The translations under genes were made by a program, and so were the position numbers. A stretch of 64,000 nucleotides of DNA from Acetatifactor sp. (GTDB taxonomy: Bacteria > Bacillota > Clostridia > Lachnospirales > Lachnospiraceae), in NCBI GenBank assembly GCA_018385425.1, contig JAHBAA010000141.1, positions 19,576 through 83,575 on the forward strand. The letters run 5' to 3'. The notes beneath the pieces were generated by a model. It did not search any database, was not told the DNA's origin, and saw only the letters and a program-made list of their open reading frames with translations. Positions 47,615 to 58,471 of this stretch are shown here, piece after piece; position 1 is the stretch's first letter; every line of letters begins with the position of its first letter.

Positions 47615-48505
47615 CTAATATTTCCTTTGATTTTTCAGTTCCTCGTACAGAAGCCTGTAATTTTCATATCGCAGGGAACTGATCTCCCGGCTTTGAACCG
47701 CATCCTTCACACCGCAGATCGGCTCTCCGATATGGGCGCAGCCGGCAAATCTGCAATATTTCTCATAGGGAGAAAACTCCCGGTAAAATCCCGCCAGCTG
47801 TTCCTTCTCCAGATCAAACAGCCCCAGAGAACTGAAGCCCGGCGTATCCAAAATGTAGGTGTCGTCGTTGATGGCGATCAGCTCCGAATGTCTGGTGGTA
47901 TGCTTTCCCCGCTCGATCTTTTTGCTGATGGCACCCGTCTCCATAACGGTTCCGCTCTGCAGACAGTTGACCAGGGAGCTTTTCCCCACACCGCTGGGGC
48001 CTGCCACAGTGGTAGTCTTGCCCTGCAGGGTATCCATCAGCTGATCAATGCCTTCGTTATGGGCAGCGCTGACCAGCATCGTCCGGTAACCGCAATTCTC
48101 ATAGATGGTGCGATACTGTTCCCCATCCCCGTCCTCATCGATATCTGCTTTATTAAAGCAGATGACACAGGGGATGCCCTGCTGCTCCATCATGATCAGG
48201 AATCGGTCCAACAGATTGAAATTGGGTTTTGGCTTGACGATGGAAAAAATTACCACCGCCTGATCCACATTGGCAACCGCCGGGCGGATCAGTTCGCTGT
48301 GCCTGTCCTCTATCTCTCGGACATTTCCCAGCTTCTTCTCCTCGTCCAGCACATCCAGCACAACATTGTCTCCCACCAAAGGCTTTCTGTTGTCTTTTCG
48401 AAAAACACCCTTGGCCTTGCACTCGTAGATCTCACCACGACTGTACACATAGTAAAATCCTGCGACTCCCTTGATGATCTTGCCCTTTCTCTCTTCTGTG
48501 TGCAT
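47615..48505 (-). CDS. rsgA: Ribosome small subunit-dependent GTPase A
   Basis: NKAD, GPSGVGKSSL, RGKHTTRH, DTPGF and Zn finger CRFAGCAHIGEPIC. Confidence 0.97.
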   Translation of the reverse strand: MHTEERKGKIIKGVAGFYYVYSRGEIYECKAKGVFRKDNRKPLVGDNVVLDVLDEEKKLGNVREIEDRHSELIRPAVANVDQAVVIFSIVKPKPNFNLLDRFLIMMEQQGIPCVICFNKADIDEDGDGEQYRTIYENCGYRTMLVSAAHNEGIDQLMDTLQGKTTTVAGPSGVGKSSLVNCLQSGTVMETGAISKKIERGKHTTRHSELIAINDDTYILDTPGFSSLGLFDLEKEQLAGFYREFSPYEKYCRFAGCAHIGEPICGVKDAVQSREISSLRYENYRLLYEELKNQRKY

Positions 48506-48511
48506 CGTCCT

Positions 48512-50650
48512 CTACTCCGCTATAAACTCAATTCTTCTTGTGATGGTCTTAGCCACAGACTCACCCGGCACAGTGTTGCCCTCCTCATCCGTTGTAGGAG
48601 CACCGGGAACGGTATAGTCAAGCGTCAGCGTACCGCCGGCCACCTTCAGATTAAAGAAATTAGCCGAGTAAGGGAAGCTGGAGGTAGTCGTATCCAGAAG
48701 CACCTGACCGTCATCCGCCACCAGCTTCAGCCTGACTTCACTGCCTGCCACATAGGAGGAGTCCTCATCATAGGGAGAAGAGATCGTCGCATTGCACTTG
48801 TAGGTCTGAGGCTTCGGCTCTGCGCCGAGGCTCACCCAGAAATCGACGGCAGTCCCCTGTTCCACAAAGGTCCCCTCTGAATAACTCTGATAACAGATCA
48901 CTCCGTAGGGATAATCATTACGGTACACACCGGTAACCTGACCCACGGAGAGCTTTGCCTCCGTCAGTTCCACGGTTCCGTCCATCTCTGTCTTTCCGAT
49001 CAGATTCGGAACTCTGGATCGAACCGTCTCCTTGCCCAGGCTGATGGTGATGGTCACATTGGTTCCTTTGGGAACTCTGCTGGTAGGGTTCGGATTCTGC
49101 GCCGCAACCAGTCCGGCCTCCACCTCCTCGGAGTATGCCTCCACCTTCGTCACCTCGAACCCAAGCTCAGATAACTCCGCATAAGCGACCTCGTAGGTCT
49201 CACCCAGTACGGTAGGAACATCCACGCCCTGTGGTCCGGCGCTGGCGATCAGATCCACCGTACTGCCTTTGATGACGGAGAACCCTGTCTCCACACTGGC
49301 GCTGATCACCACTCCGGCCTCGATATTGTTATCCTCTCTGTAGTCAATATTCATTTTCAGTCCTGCATCCATCAGGGCATTTCTGGCAGCCTCCACAGAT
49401 TTTCCCACCACAGGGGGCATGATCACAAACTCTGTGGCCTCTATAGAAGATTCGGAGGACTCCTCCGACGCAATGATATGGCTCTGGGATTCACCGGTGC
49501 CATCCGTAAGCTTGCCGAAGATCTTGAACAGCACAACCAACAGAATGATACAGAATATCACACCGATCACAATTGCAAGGATGGAAGTCACCCTCTCCAT
49601 GCGAGGGTCATAATCATACTCTCCTTCACCGTCGTTATCCTCGTCCTCAGGCTCCTCCTCATACGCTTCTCCGTCATAAGGTTCCTCGCTGTAATAATCG
49701 CCCTCGGTGTCGACATAATAATCTTCCTCCGTATAGGCTGTTTTCTTCTTGATCTCATCCAGCTCCTCGGAAGAGATCCGCCTTGTCTGACTCTCCATAT
49801 TCGGTTCATTGGGAACGACAAAATCTTCATCCGGATTCGTCAAAGCATACTTTAAGTCAGCGATCAACTCAGCCATGGACTGATATCTTCTGTCCGGAGA
49901 CTTCTGACAACACTTTGTCACGATGCGATCGAGAGCCAGAGGAACATCCGGCACAAAGCTTCTGGGAGAAGGGACCTCCTCCTGAATATGCTTGATGGCG
50001 ATCGCCACAGTCGTCTCCCCGTTAAACGGAACTCTTCCCGTCACCATCTCGAAAATGGTAATACCCATAGAGTAGATATCACTCTTGATATCACTGAATC
50101 CACCCCTGGCCTGTTCCGGCGAGGTATAGTGGACGGAACCCATCACATTGGATGTGATGGTGTTGCTTGTGGCAGCCTTGGCAATCCCGAAATCCGTGAC
50201 CTTCGCCTTGCCTTCTCTGGAAATAATGATATTCTGAGGCTTAATGTCACGGTGAATGATTCCATTGTTGTGCGCCACCTCGATTCCCATGCAGACCTGA
50301 ATGGCAATACTGATCGTCTCTCTGCCGGACAATCTGGATTTCTTTTCAATATATTTCTTCAGAGTGATTCCTTCCACCAGTTCCATCACGATGAAGTTGA
50401 TCCCTCTGTCTTCTCCCACATCATATACATTGACAATGTTCGGGTGGATCAGTCCCGCTGCAGCCTGAGCCTCCACACGAAACTTGTCCACAAAACTCTG
50501 ATTCTCACTGAACTCCTGCTTCATCACCTTCACGGCAACAAAACGATTCAGCTTGTGATCCTTGGCTTTATATACATCCGACATGCCGCCGGTTCCGATC
50601 TTTTCAATGATCTCATACCGGCTGCCTATCATCATTCCAACTTTTACCAT
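48512..50650 (-). CDS. pknB: PASTA-domain Ser/Thr kinase (PrkC/PknB)
   Basis: IGTGGMSDVY, HRDIKPQN, DFGIAK, GSVHYTSPE, one TM and three PASTA-like repeats. Confidence 0.95.
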   Translation of the reverse strand: MVKVGMMIGSRYEIIEKIGTGGMSDVYKAKDHKLNRFVAVKVMKQEFSENQSFVDKFRVEAQAAAGLIHPNIVNVYDVGEDRGINFIVMELVEGITLKKYIEKKSRLSGRETISIAIQVCMGIEVAHNNGIIHRDIKPQNIIISREGKAKVTDFGIAKAATSNTITSNVMGSVHYTSPEQARGGFSDIKSDIYSMGITIFEMVTGRVPFNGETTVAIAIKHIQEEVPSPRSFVPDVPLALDRIVTKCCQKSPDRRYQSMAELIADLKYALTNPDEDFVVPNEPNMESQTRRISSEELDEIKKKTAYTEEDYYVDTEGDYYSEEPYDGEAYEEEPEDEDNDGEGEYDYDPRMERVTSILAIVIGVIFCIILLVVLFKIFGKLTDGTGESQSHIIASEESSESSIEATEFVIMPPVVGKSVEAARNALMDAGLKMNIDYREDNNIEAGVVISASVETGFSVIKGSTVDLIASAGPQGVDVPTVLGETYEVAYAELSELGFEVTKVEAYSEEVEAGLVAAQNPNPTSRVPKGTNVTITISLGKETVRSRVPNLIGKTEMDGTVELTEAKLSVGQVTGVYRNDYPYGVICYQSYSEGTFVEQGTAVDFWVSLGAEPKPQTYKCNATISSPYDEDSSYVAGSEVRLKLVADDGQVLLDTTTSSFPYSANFFNLKVAGGTLTLDYTVPGAPTTDEEGNTVPGESVAKTITRRIEFIAE

Positions 50651-50695
50651 ACATGCTCTCCAATTCAAATCATATTTCCAATTGCAGCGATAAAC

Positions 50696-51421
50696 CTACA
50701 GGTCGATCAGGATAACGGAAATGTTATCTCTTCCACCGTTTTCATTCGCCCTGCGAACCAGCTCTTTGGCCTTTTCCTCCAAGGTACCGGTTCCCAGTAA
50801 AACCCCGTAGATCGTCTCGTCCTCCAGCATATTGGTCAATCCGTCCGTACACATGAGCACGAGGTCCTTCTCCTGCAGTGTGAGTTCGAAGAAATCGATC
50901 CGTACCGTCTCCTCCACACCCACTGCTCTGGTGATAATATTCTTGTCAGGATGGTTTCTGGCATCCTCTCTCTTCAGACCGCCTCTGCGGATCATCTCCT
51001 CTACCCAGGAATGATCTCTGGTGATCTGTCTGAGCCCCCCCTCACGGCAAAGATACAGTCTGCTGTCACCCACATTGGCGATGGTCAGCCTTCTGTCGTC
51101 AATCGTCGCAGCCACAACAGTCGTTCCCATTCCCTCCAGGTCTTCAGAGGTGCCGGCGCATCGGAAAACCGCTTTGTTGGCTGCCGTGACCGACTTATCC
51201 AGCAGTACCTCCGCTTCCGCATCCTCCAACTCCGCGATCGTCTCTATCATAGTGGAAATCGTCAGTCTGGCGGCAAAATCACCGGCATTATGTCCTCCCA
51301 TACCATCTGCAACGATGTACAGGTTTGGAAGATTACCGATCTGCCCGTCTGTGGTGTAAACATAATCCTGATTCAGATTTCTCATCTTACCGATGTCGGT
51401 AACAGAAAAAGATTGTATCAC
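50696..51421 (-). CDS. PP2C Ser/Thr phosphatase (Stp1/PrpC)
   Basis: VADGMGGH, NVGDSR, CTDGLTNM and GGRDNIS. Confidence 0.93.
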   Translation of the reverse strand: MIQSFSVTDIGKMRNLNQDYVYTTDGQIGNLPNLYIVADGMGGHNAGDFAARLTISTMIETIAELEDAEAEVLLDKSVTAANKAVFRCAGTSEDLEGMGTTVVAATIDDRRLTIANVGDSRLYLCREGGLRQITRDHSWVEEMIRRGGLKREDARNHPDKNIITRAVGVEETVRIDFFELTLQEKDLVLMCTDGLTNMLEDETIYGVLLGTGTLEEKAKELVRRANENGGRDNISVILIDL

Positions 51422-52480
51422 TTAGTTCTCCTCCTGTGTCTGCAAAGACTCGGTATGCTTGCGTCGAAGCTGACCGCAGGCACCGTCAATATCTCTGCCC
51501 ATCTCTCTCCTAATGGTAACATTTATTTTAGATTTTTCAAGTTTATTTCGAAAAGCCTGAATGCGAAGGGCCTCAGACTGCACAAAATCTCTCTCCTTGA
51601 TGGGATTCACCGGGATGAGATTCACATGGCAGCAAAGAGGTTTTGCCAGTGCGATCAGTTCCTCCGCATCACGGTCGGTATCATTCACTCCGCCCACCAG
51701 ACTGTACTCAAAGGTAATTCTGCGGCCGGTCTTCTCAAAGTAATACCGGCAGGCCTCCATCAGTTCCTCGATAGAGTACCGGTTTGCAATCGGCATCAGT
51801 TTCCGCCGCTTTTCATCTGTGGTGGCATGAAGGGATAATGCCAAGGTGATCTGCAGCTGTCTCTCTGCCAGTTCTCTCATCTTTGGAACCAGTCCGCAGG
51901 TAGACACCGTAACATTCCGCTGACTGATGTTCAGTCCGTTCTCTCCTGTCAGTATTTCCAGAAAAGTGAGCAGATTATCATAATTGTCCAAAGGTTCTCC
52001 GGTTCCCATGACCACTACATTGGATACTCTCTCCCCGGTCAGTCTCTGGATGGAATAGATCTGGTCCAGCATTTCCGACGGCAGAAGATTTCTCTCCAGA
52101 CCATCCAGCGTAGATGCACAGAATCTGCATCCCATGCGGCATCCCACCTGAGAGGAGATGCAGACACTGTTGCCATGCCTGTACTTCATCCAGACACTCT
52201 CCACCACATTTCCGTCTTCCAGAGCGAAGAGATACTTTCTGGTGCCGTCCAGCTTTGATTCCTGTACCTGCACCACATTCAGGGCGGTGTAGGAAAAATG
52301 CTCCTCACATTGCCTGCGGAATGCCTGAGAGAGGTTGGTCATCTCCGCAAAACCGCGGGCCAGCTTTTGATGCATCCACTGATACATCTGCCCTGCGCGG
52401 AAGCCTTTTTCTCCCATCCCAATGATCTCCTCGGTCAATTCAGGCAAAGTCAATGATTTGATATCGATCCTCGTATCCAT
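51422..52480 (-). CDS. rlmN: Dual-specificity RNA methyltransferase RlmN
   Basis: CISSQVGCRMGCRFC, MGTGEP, SLHA, NLIPVN and IDGACGQL. Confidence 0.97.
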   Translation of the reverse strand: MDTRIDIKSLTLPELTEEIIGMGEKGFRAGQMYQWMHQKLARGFAEMTNLSQAFRRQCEEHFSYTALNVVQVQESKLDGTRKYLFALEDGNVVESVWMKYRHGNSVCISSQVGCRMGCRFCASTLDGLERNLLPSEMLDQIYSIQRLTGERVSNVVVMGTGEPLDNYDNLLTFLEILTGENGLNISQRNVTVSTCGLVPKMRELAERQLQITLALSLHATTDEKRRKLMPIANRYSIEELMEACRYYFEKTGRRITFEYSLVGGVNDTDRDAEELIALAKPLCCHVNLIPVNPIKERDFVQSEALRIQAFRNKLEKSKINVTIRREMGRDIDGACGQLRRKHTESLQTQEEN

Positions 52481-52494
52481 CTGCAGCTCCTAAC

Positions 52495-53910
52495 TTATTC
52501 CACTGTTTTCTGCGACAAGGGACGTCTCAGACAGGCGATAAAGAAACCGTCCGACTCCATAAAGCCCGGCAGAAGCTGTATACAGGCATCTGCCTCCGCC
52601 GCAGTCAACGCAAAGTGATCCGGCTTCTCACATTGTCTCACTGCCTCCCGCCCGGAAAGGAGTACCTCCGGCAGTCTCCCCTGCAGAGGCACCGGTTCCA
52701 GCCCCAGTTCTCTCGTAAGATATGCGACCATCTCCTCATTTTCGGCAGGGTTGATGGTACAGGTGCTGTAGAGCAGGGTTGCCCCGGGTTTGAGGTAGGG
52801 AACACTGTTTTTTACGATCTCCCGCTGCAATGCACGAAGTTCTGTCATTCCCTGTTTGCTCACATGGTACTTTATGTCGCGCTTTTTGCCGATAATGCCC
52901 AGCCCGGAGCAGGGCACATCCAGCAGAAGCACATCTGCTCTGCCCACCAGTGCCTCGTCAGTGATTCTGGCATCCCAGACCTGGGTCTCCACATTTTCCG
53001 CTCCCATCCGCTCTATGTTCTCCAGGATCCTCTCCAGCTTCTCCTCAGAGACATCCCTGGCCAACACATGTTTTGCCCTTTGGGCCGCAAGCAGTGTCTT
53101 GCCGCCGGGGGAAGCACAGGCATCCACCACAAAATCTCCGGGAGCAAGGCCGGCTGCCTCTATCGCGAGAGCACAGCTGACATCCTGTACCGTCCATTGT
53201 CCATCCGCAAACCCGGGAAGGGTGGTCAGATTATCTGCGTACCGACACAGATAGGAATATGGCAGATAAGGGCTTTTTTGCAATACTGCACCAGCCTGCT
53301 CCATATCCCGCCGAAGCTTGCCGGCGGACTGTTCCGAAAGCTTCCCGTCAAACCGAACAGACACAGGGTGGATGGTCAGAAGTCCCTCCAACAGCTTCTC
53401 AACTGCCGGAGCAGTATAGGAAGCAAGGAAAAATTCCACCAGCCACTGAGGCATGGAATATTTCACGGACAAATACAGAGGCAGATTCTCCTCCGGATCC
53501 GGCAGGGAAAGCCGGTCCTTCTGTCTGGCAACATTCCGAAGCACCCCGTTCACAAAACCACGTAAACCTGCAAATTTACGCTTAACCGCAAGTTTGCAGG
53601 CTTCATTGCACACAGCGCTGTCGGGGACACTGTCCATATACAGCAGCTGATATACACTCATTCTCATCAGGCAGCGTATCAGAGGCTTCATCCTGCGAAC
53701 CGGCACGTCAGAGATCCCATCCAGATAATAATCCAGTTCGATCTGTCGCTCCAGGGTTCCCTCCGTCAAACGTTTGATGAAGGCCTTCTCCCGCCCCTCC
53801 AAATAATCATATTTATCCAAAACCGCTTTGATCAGCTGATTGGAAAATACCGCCTCCCGCTCTATGGCAAGCAGCAGGTCCAGTACGATTTCTCTGCTAT
53901 TCTCTGCCAA
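52495..53910 (-). CDS. rsmB: 16S rRNA m5C967 methyltransferase
   Basis: NusB-like N-terminus, DACASPGGKT, DVPCSGLG and YSTCT. Confidence 0.95.
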   Translation of the reverse strand: MAENSREIVLDLLLAIEREAVFSNQLIKAVLDKYDYLEGREKAFIKRLTEGTLERQIELDYYLDGISDVPVRRMKPLIRCLMRMSVYQLLYMDSVPDSAVCNEACKLAVKRKFAGLRGFVNGVLRNVARQKDRLSLPDPEENLPLYLSVKYSMPQWLVEFFLASYTAPAVEKLLEGLLTIHPVSVRFDGKLSEQSAGKLRRDMEQAGAVLQKSPYLPYSYLCRYADNLTTLPGFADGQWTVQDVSCALAIEAAGLAPGDFVVDACASPGGKTLLAAQRAKHVLARDVSEEKLERILENIERMGAENVETQVWDARITDEALVGRADVLLLDVPCSGLGIIGKKRDIKYHVSKQGMTELRALQREIVKNSVPYLKPGATLLYSTCTINPAENEEMVAYLTRELGLEPVPLQGRLPEVLLSGREAVRQCEKPDHFALTAAEADACIQLLPGFMESDGFFIACLRRPLSQKTVE

Positions 53911-53913
53911 GGC

Positions 53914-54600
53914 TTAATCTCTCCTCTTGTTGTTTCCAAACAGCAGGAAAAGACGAAGCACCTGCAGTGCGGTGGAAGCCGCAGCTGCCACGTAGGTCAT
54001 TGCTGCTGCCGACAGGACCTTTCTGCACCCCTTCTTCTCCTCTGAGGTCACCAGACCATACTGCTCCACCTTGCAAAGTGCTCTCGCGGAAGCATTGAAT
54101 TCCACCGGCAGCGTCACAATCTGAAACAGAAGAGACAGTGCAAAAGCAAAGATACCGATACGGATCAAAACCATGTTCCAGCTTAAGAACACACCGATCA
54201 GGATGATCGGAAGTCCCAGCTTACTGCCCAGATTCACCACCGGGACCAGGGCTGTGCGGATAGAAATCGGTGTATACCCTTCCGCATGCTGAATGGCATG
54301 TCCGCACTCATGCGCTGCCACACCGATGGCCGTCACGCTGGCAGAACTGTAATTCTGCCTGGAGAGACGAACGGTATTGGTGGAAGGATCAAAATGATCC
54401 CCGTCATTACCGGGCAGGCACTCGATCTGAACATGATACAACCCCTCATTGTTCAGTATCTGTCTCGCCGCCTCGGCTCCGGTCTTTCCCGACAGCACTG
54501 CCACCTTGGCGTACTTTCTCATGGCACTGTTCACCATCGCACTGGCAACAGAACAGATCAATACTCCCAGAATGACCAGCAGATAGGTCCAGTCAAACAT
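53914..54600 (-). CDS. YugP-like membrane zinc metallopeptidase
   Basis: VAAHECGHAIQH (HExxH), LPVEFNASARA and AAMTYVAAA. Confidence 0.88.
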   Translation of the reverse strand: MFDWTYLLVILGVLICSVASAMVNSAMRKYAKVAVLSGKTGAEAARQILNNEGLYHVQIECLPGNDGDHFDPSTNTVRLSRQNYSSASVTAIGVAAHECGHAIQHAEGYTPISIRTALVPVVNLGSKLGLPIILIGVFLSWNMVLIRIGIFAFALSLLFQIVTLPVEFNASARALCKVEQYGLVTSEEKKGCRKVLSAAAMTYVAAAASTALQVLRLFLLFGNNKRRD

Positions 54601-54641
54601 AAATCCTCTTCCGTAACTCACATGCATCTAAAACTCCTCCT

Positions 54642-55580
54642 TTACACATCCGACCGCCCAAGCGTTTCACCCGCGGTCATCTTCACACCCAACAGAAAAT
54701 CATGGGTGCTCATTCGCTTTTTGCCTTCCAGCTGCAGTGCGTATATCTGCAGAGCTCCTTCCCCACAGGCAACAGTGATCGAATCCTTCTCCACGCGGAT
54801 GATCTCGCCGGGAGTTCCCGCTGTTCCCTCCACGGGTACTGCTTTCCACACCTTCAGCTGTTTTCCCTTGTAATAGGTAAAAGCACTGGGCCAGGGAGTC
54901 ATTCCCCGAATCAGTCTGTCGATCTGCACGGCACTCATCTCAAAATGGATCTCTCCCATGGACTTGTCGATCATCGGTGCGTGGCAGCTGAGTGCATCAT
55001 CCTGCTTCTCCGGGATCAGTTTTCCCAGGGTCAACAGCTCCAGGGCTTCCACGATCGCCTCTCCGCCCAAATACATCAGCTTGTCATGAAGAGACTCAAA
55101 ATCGTCCTCCGGCAGGATCGGAATCTCTTTTTTATACAGCATATCTCCGGTATCGATCCCCTCATCCATCTGCATGATCGTCACACCGGTCTTCTCCTCG
55201 CCATCCAGGATCACACGCTGAATAGGAGAAGAGCCCCTGTACTTTGGAAGCAGGGAGGCATGGATATTCAGACTTCCATAGGGGGGAATATCCAAGATCT
55301 CCCTGGACAAAATCTGTCCGAAGGCGGCCACCACATAGACATCTGCCTCATATTGCTTCAGTTCTGCGACGGCCTCGGGTGTTTTGATCCTTTTAGGCTG
55401 CATCACGGGAATCTGATGCCTGCATGCGCAAACCTTCACCGGAGAGGGAATCAGTTCACTGCTCCTCCCTTTCGGCTTATCCGGCTGCGTCACCACCGCG
55501 GTGATCTCATGTCCTGCATCGATCAAAGCCTCCAGTGCCCGGGCTGCAAAATCCGGTGTCCCCATAAATACTATTTTCAT
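54642..55580 (-). CDS. fmt: Methionyl-tRNA formyltransferase
   Basis: FMGTPDFA, VVTQPDKPKGR and NIHASLLPKYRG. Confidence 0.98.
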   Translation of the reverse strand: MKIVFMGTPDFAARALEALIDAGHEITAVVTQPDKPKGRSSELIPSPVKVCACRHQIPVMQPKRIKTPEAVAELKQYEADVYVVAAFGQILSREILDIPPYGSLNIHASLLPKYRGSSPIQRVILDGEEKTGVTIMQMDEGIDTGDMLYKKEIPILPEDDFESLHDKLMYLGGEAIVEALELLTLGKLIPEKQDDALSCHAPMIDKSMGEIHFEMSAVQIDRLIRGMTPWPSAFTYYKGKQLKVWKAVPVEGTAGTPGEIIRVEKDSITVACGEGALQIYALQLEGKKRMSTHDFLLGVKMTAGETLGRSDV

Positions 55581-55583
55581 TTC

Positions 55584-56090
55584 TTATTCCTCATCGTTGT
55601 CAAACTCAACAAACTCATCCAGGTCATCGATACTGTTGACCACCAGGTCTCCCTCCACCTTTTCCACATACAGATGTCCGTCCAGGTGATCCAACTCATG
55701 GCAGATCGCTCTGGCCAACAGCTCGGTCCCTTCCAACTCAAACTCCTGCATATTGACATCCAGGGCAACCGCCTTCACATAATTGGGTCTGGTTACCTGT
55801 CCGGATTTGCCGGGCACACTCAGACATCCTTCCATGCCGGTCTGTTCACCGCTGGTGGCCACGATCCTGGGGTTGATCAGAATATACGGATCCTCTCCGG
55901 TGGTATCGATCACGACGATCCTCTTCAGGATTCCTACCTGAGGAGCCGCCAGTCCCACGCCATTGGCCTCATACATTGTATCCAGCATATCCTCGATCAG
56001 TTCCCGGATTCTGGGAGTCATCTCCTTGACTTCCCTACACCTCTTGGTGAGAATTTCATCCCCTATTTCCCGAATATTCCTAATTGCCAT
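55584..56090 (-). CDS. def: Peptide deformylase
   Basis: GVGLAAPQVG, EGCLS and HELDHLDG. Confidence 0.98.
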   Translation of the reverse strand: MAIRNIREIGDEILTKRCREVKEMTPRIRELIEDMLDTMYEANGVGLAAPQVGILKRIVVIDTTGEDPYILINPRIVATSGEQTGMEGCLSVPGKSGQVTRPNYVKAVALDVNMQEFELEGTELLARAICHELDHLDGHLYVEKVEGDLVVNSIDDLDEFVEFDNDEE

Positions 56091-56199
56091 ACTGCTAATC
56101 TCCTGTCTTTCGTTCTAATCATGTCACAAGCATATCTTGCGATCGTCACTCGCCGCTCGCTGTACACAAGCTGCGCCTGCTCCCGCTCGCTGACACTCA

Positions 56200-58458
56200 C
56201 TACATCGTATTCATCGGATCAAAATCAAACTGAACCATCACAGCCTGCTCCGAAAAAGTCTGAATCAGCTCCTCCAGATAATCCTTACAGAACACTAGTG
56301 TATCATATTTTTCGCATTTTACATAGAATACAAATCTAAAAATATCGTTAATTTTACTGATCACTGCCGGAGAAGGCCCCAGAATGACCGCACGGGCATC
56401 TGAATCGATCCGCTTATCCTTCCCGGAAAGCCACTCCTTCGCCCGGGAAGCCAATGTGCGGACATACTGATCTCCCTTCTCTTCTGACTTCGCATATACC
56501 TGCACCGCCATCAGGTGCCGTACAGGAGGATACCCTCCCATCTCCCGATACAGCAATTCTTCCTCAAAAAAGCCTTCGTAATCCTGTGCGGCGGCAAAGG
56601 TCACCGCATAGTGATCCGGCTGGTAGGTCTGGATCACCGCCTCGCCGGGAAGCGTTCCTCTCCCCGCCCGTCCCACTGCCTGAGTCAACAGCTGGAAGGT
56701 CCTCTCCCCGGCACGGTAATCGCTGACGCTCAGGGAAAGATCAGCCGCCAGAACTCCAACCAGCGTGACCAGCGGAAAATCATGACCCTTCACGATCATC
56801 TGGGTCCCGATCAGGACGTCCGCCTCGTGGGCCATGAAGGAAGACAGAATCTTCTCGTAGCTATCCTTATTCCTGGTAGTATCCGCATCCATCCGAAGGG
56901 TGCGTACCCCCGGAAACATCTCCTTCAGTTTCTCTTCGATCTGCTGCGTTCCTGCCTTAAAACCGCTGATATACCCGGAACCGCACTCCGGACACAGCCC
57001 CGGCTTTCGTTCCATATAGCCGCAATAGTGGCACATCAGCATACCGTTTTTGTGCTCTGAGAGAGAGACGTCACAGTGGGGGCACTTCATCACATGGCCG
57101 CAGGACCTGCAGGAAATAAACCCGGCATACCCTCTTCGGTTGATAAACAGAATGCTCTGCTCTCCCTTCTTCAGTCTGTCGGCCAAAAGCTCCTGAAGAC
57201 GCCTGCTGAAGATGGAACGATTGCCTTCCCTCAGCTCCTGTCTGAGATCAACCACGCTGACTGTGGGAAGCTGCCCGCCGGTCAGCCTCTGATGCAGCTG
57301 AAACAGCTTGATCTCTCCCTTTTTTACCCGGTAATAAGCCTCCATAGAGGGAGTAGCGGACCCCAACACCAATGCCGCGCCGTGAAGTCTTGCAGCTTCC
57401 ATGGCTGTCTCTCTTGCATGATACTTTGGATTCCCCTCCGACTTGTAGCTGCTCTCGTGCTCCTCGTCCATGATGATCACACCCAGGTTGGGAAAGGGAG
57501 TAAACAGCGCTGATCTGGGCCCGATAATGATATCGATGTCCCCATTTTTCGCCCGCTGACACTGATCGTACCTTTCTCCGGGGGAAAGGGTCGAGTTGAT
57601 GACACTGACTCTGTTCCCAAACCGCAGGTAAAACCGCAGCAGTGTCTGATAGGTCAGTGCGATCTCCGGAATCAGAAGGATCGCCTGTCTTCCCCTGGCG
57701 ATCACCTGCTCAATGATCTCCATATAGACATGGGTCTTGCCGCTTCCGGTGACCCCATGGATCAGATAGGTTCCGGGCATTCCCTTGTCAAAGTCCTGCA
57801 GGATCTCCTCAACGATCCGCTGCTGCTCCGGACTGCTGGTAAGCCTCTTTTCCTCCTGTCTGTGAAGATGAACGGGATCCCGAAAGGAAGTACTTTGCTC
57901 CACACGTATGACGCCATCCGTCACCAGCCTTTGAATGGTCTGGGGTGTGACGCCCAGTTTTCCGGTGACCCACTCGTAGGGAATGGTTTCTGTCTCAAGC
58001 AGCGTCCGAAGCAGCCTTTCTTTGGCAGCCTGCTTCTTCCGAATGCTCTCTCCAAGCACCGTCACCGTATCCTCTCGGCTCATCACCCTGCAGATGGTTC
58101 TGTGCTCCAGCTTCTTCACGCTCTGCTTGGCAGGAAGAACGGTCTTCAATGCCTGGATCATGGTAGAGCCGTAATTGCGCTTGATCCATCCGGCCAGGCT
58201 GATCATCTTCTCCTCCACACTGACTCCCTTGGGTGCAATCTCTATGATGCTTTTCAGTTTCGCAGGGTCGTAGCTGCACTCCTCGGTAATCCGCACCACA
58301 TAGCCCTTGATCTGCCGATTGCCTGTGCCAAAGGGAACGGTGACACACATCCCCGGCTCCAACAGGTCCCTTAGCTTTTCCGGAATGCGATATTGAAAGA
58401 CCTTATCCAGTTTTTCATGTGAGATATCGATGATGATATCGGCAAACAAGTCTGTCAC
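56200..58458 (-). CDS. priA: Primosomal protein N'
   Basis: GVTGSGKT, DEEHE, CRSC..CPHC..CHYC..CPEC and GTQMIVKGHDFP; GTG start at 58458 after AGGAG. Confidence 0.96.
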   Translation of the reverse strand: MTDLFADIIIDISHEKLDKVFQYRIPEKLRDLLEPGMCVTVPFGTGNRQIKGYVVRITEECSYDPAKLKSIIEIAPKGVSVEEKMISLAGWIKRNYGSTMIQALKTVLPAKQSVKKLEHRTICRVMSREDTVTVLGESIRKKQAAKERLLRTLLETETIPYEWVTGKLGVTPQTIQRLVTDGVIRVEQSTSFRDPVHLHRQEEKRLTSSPEQQRIVEEILQDFDKGMPGTYLIHGVTGSGKTHVYMEIIEQVIARGRQAILLIPEIALTYQTLLRFYLRFGNRVSVINSTLSPGERYDQCQRAKNGDIDIIIGPRSALFTPFPNLGVIIMDEEHESSYKSEGNPKYHARETAMEAARLHGAALVLGSATPSMEAYYRVKKGEIKLFQLHQRLTGGQLPTVSVVDLRQELREGNRSIFSRRLQELLADRLKKGEQSILFINRRGYAGFISCRSCGHVMKCPHCDVSLSEHKNGMLMCHYCGYMERKPGLCPECGSGYISGFKAGTQQIEEKLKEMFPGVRTLRMDADTTRNKDSYEKILSSFMAHEADVLIGTQMIVKGHDFPLVTLVGVLAADLSLSVSDYRAGERTFQLLTQAVGRAGRGTLPGEAVIQTYQPDHYAVTFAAAQDYEGFFEEELLYREMGGYPPVRHLMAVQVYAKSEEKGDQYVRTLASRAKEWLSGKDKRIDSDARAVILGPSPAVISKINDIFRFVFYVKCEKYDTLVFCKDYLEELIQTFSEQAVMVQFDFDPMNTM

Positions 58459-58471
58459 GTATCCTAACTCC

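Noticed and set aside
49600-49780. Highly acidic low-complexity stretch in PknB
   Set aside because: Disordered juxtamembrane linkers are normal for PASTA kinases.
54702-56339. 545-aa plus-strand ORF (likewise 11416-12837, 23548-25071, 49988-50800)
   Set aside because: All lie antisense to clear housekeeping genes (fmt/def, pgk, ftsZ, pknB) and have no protein-like features.
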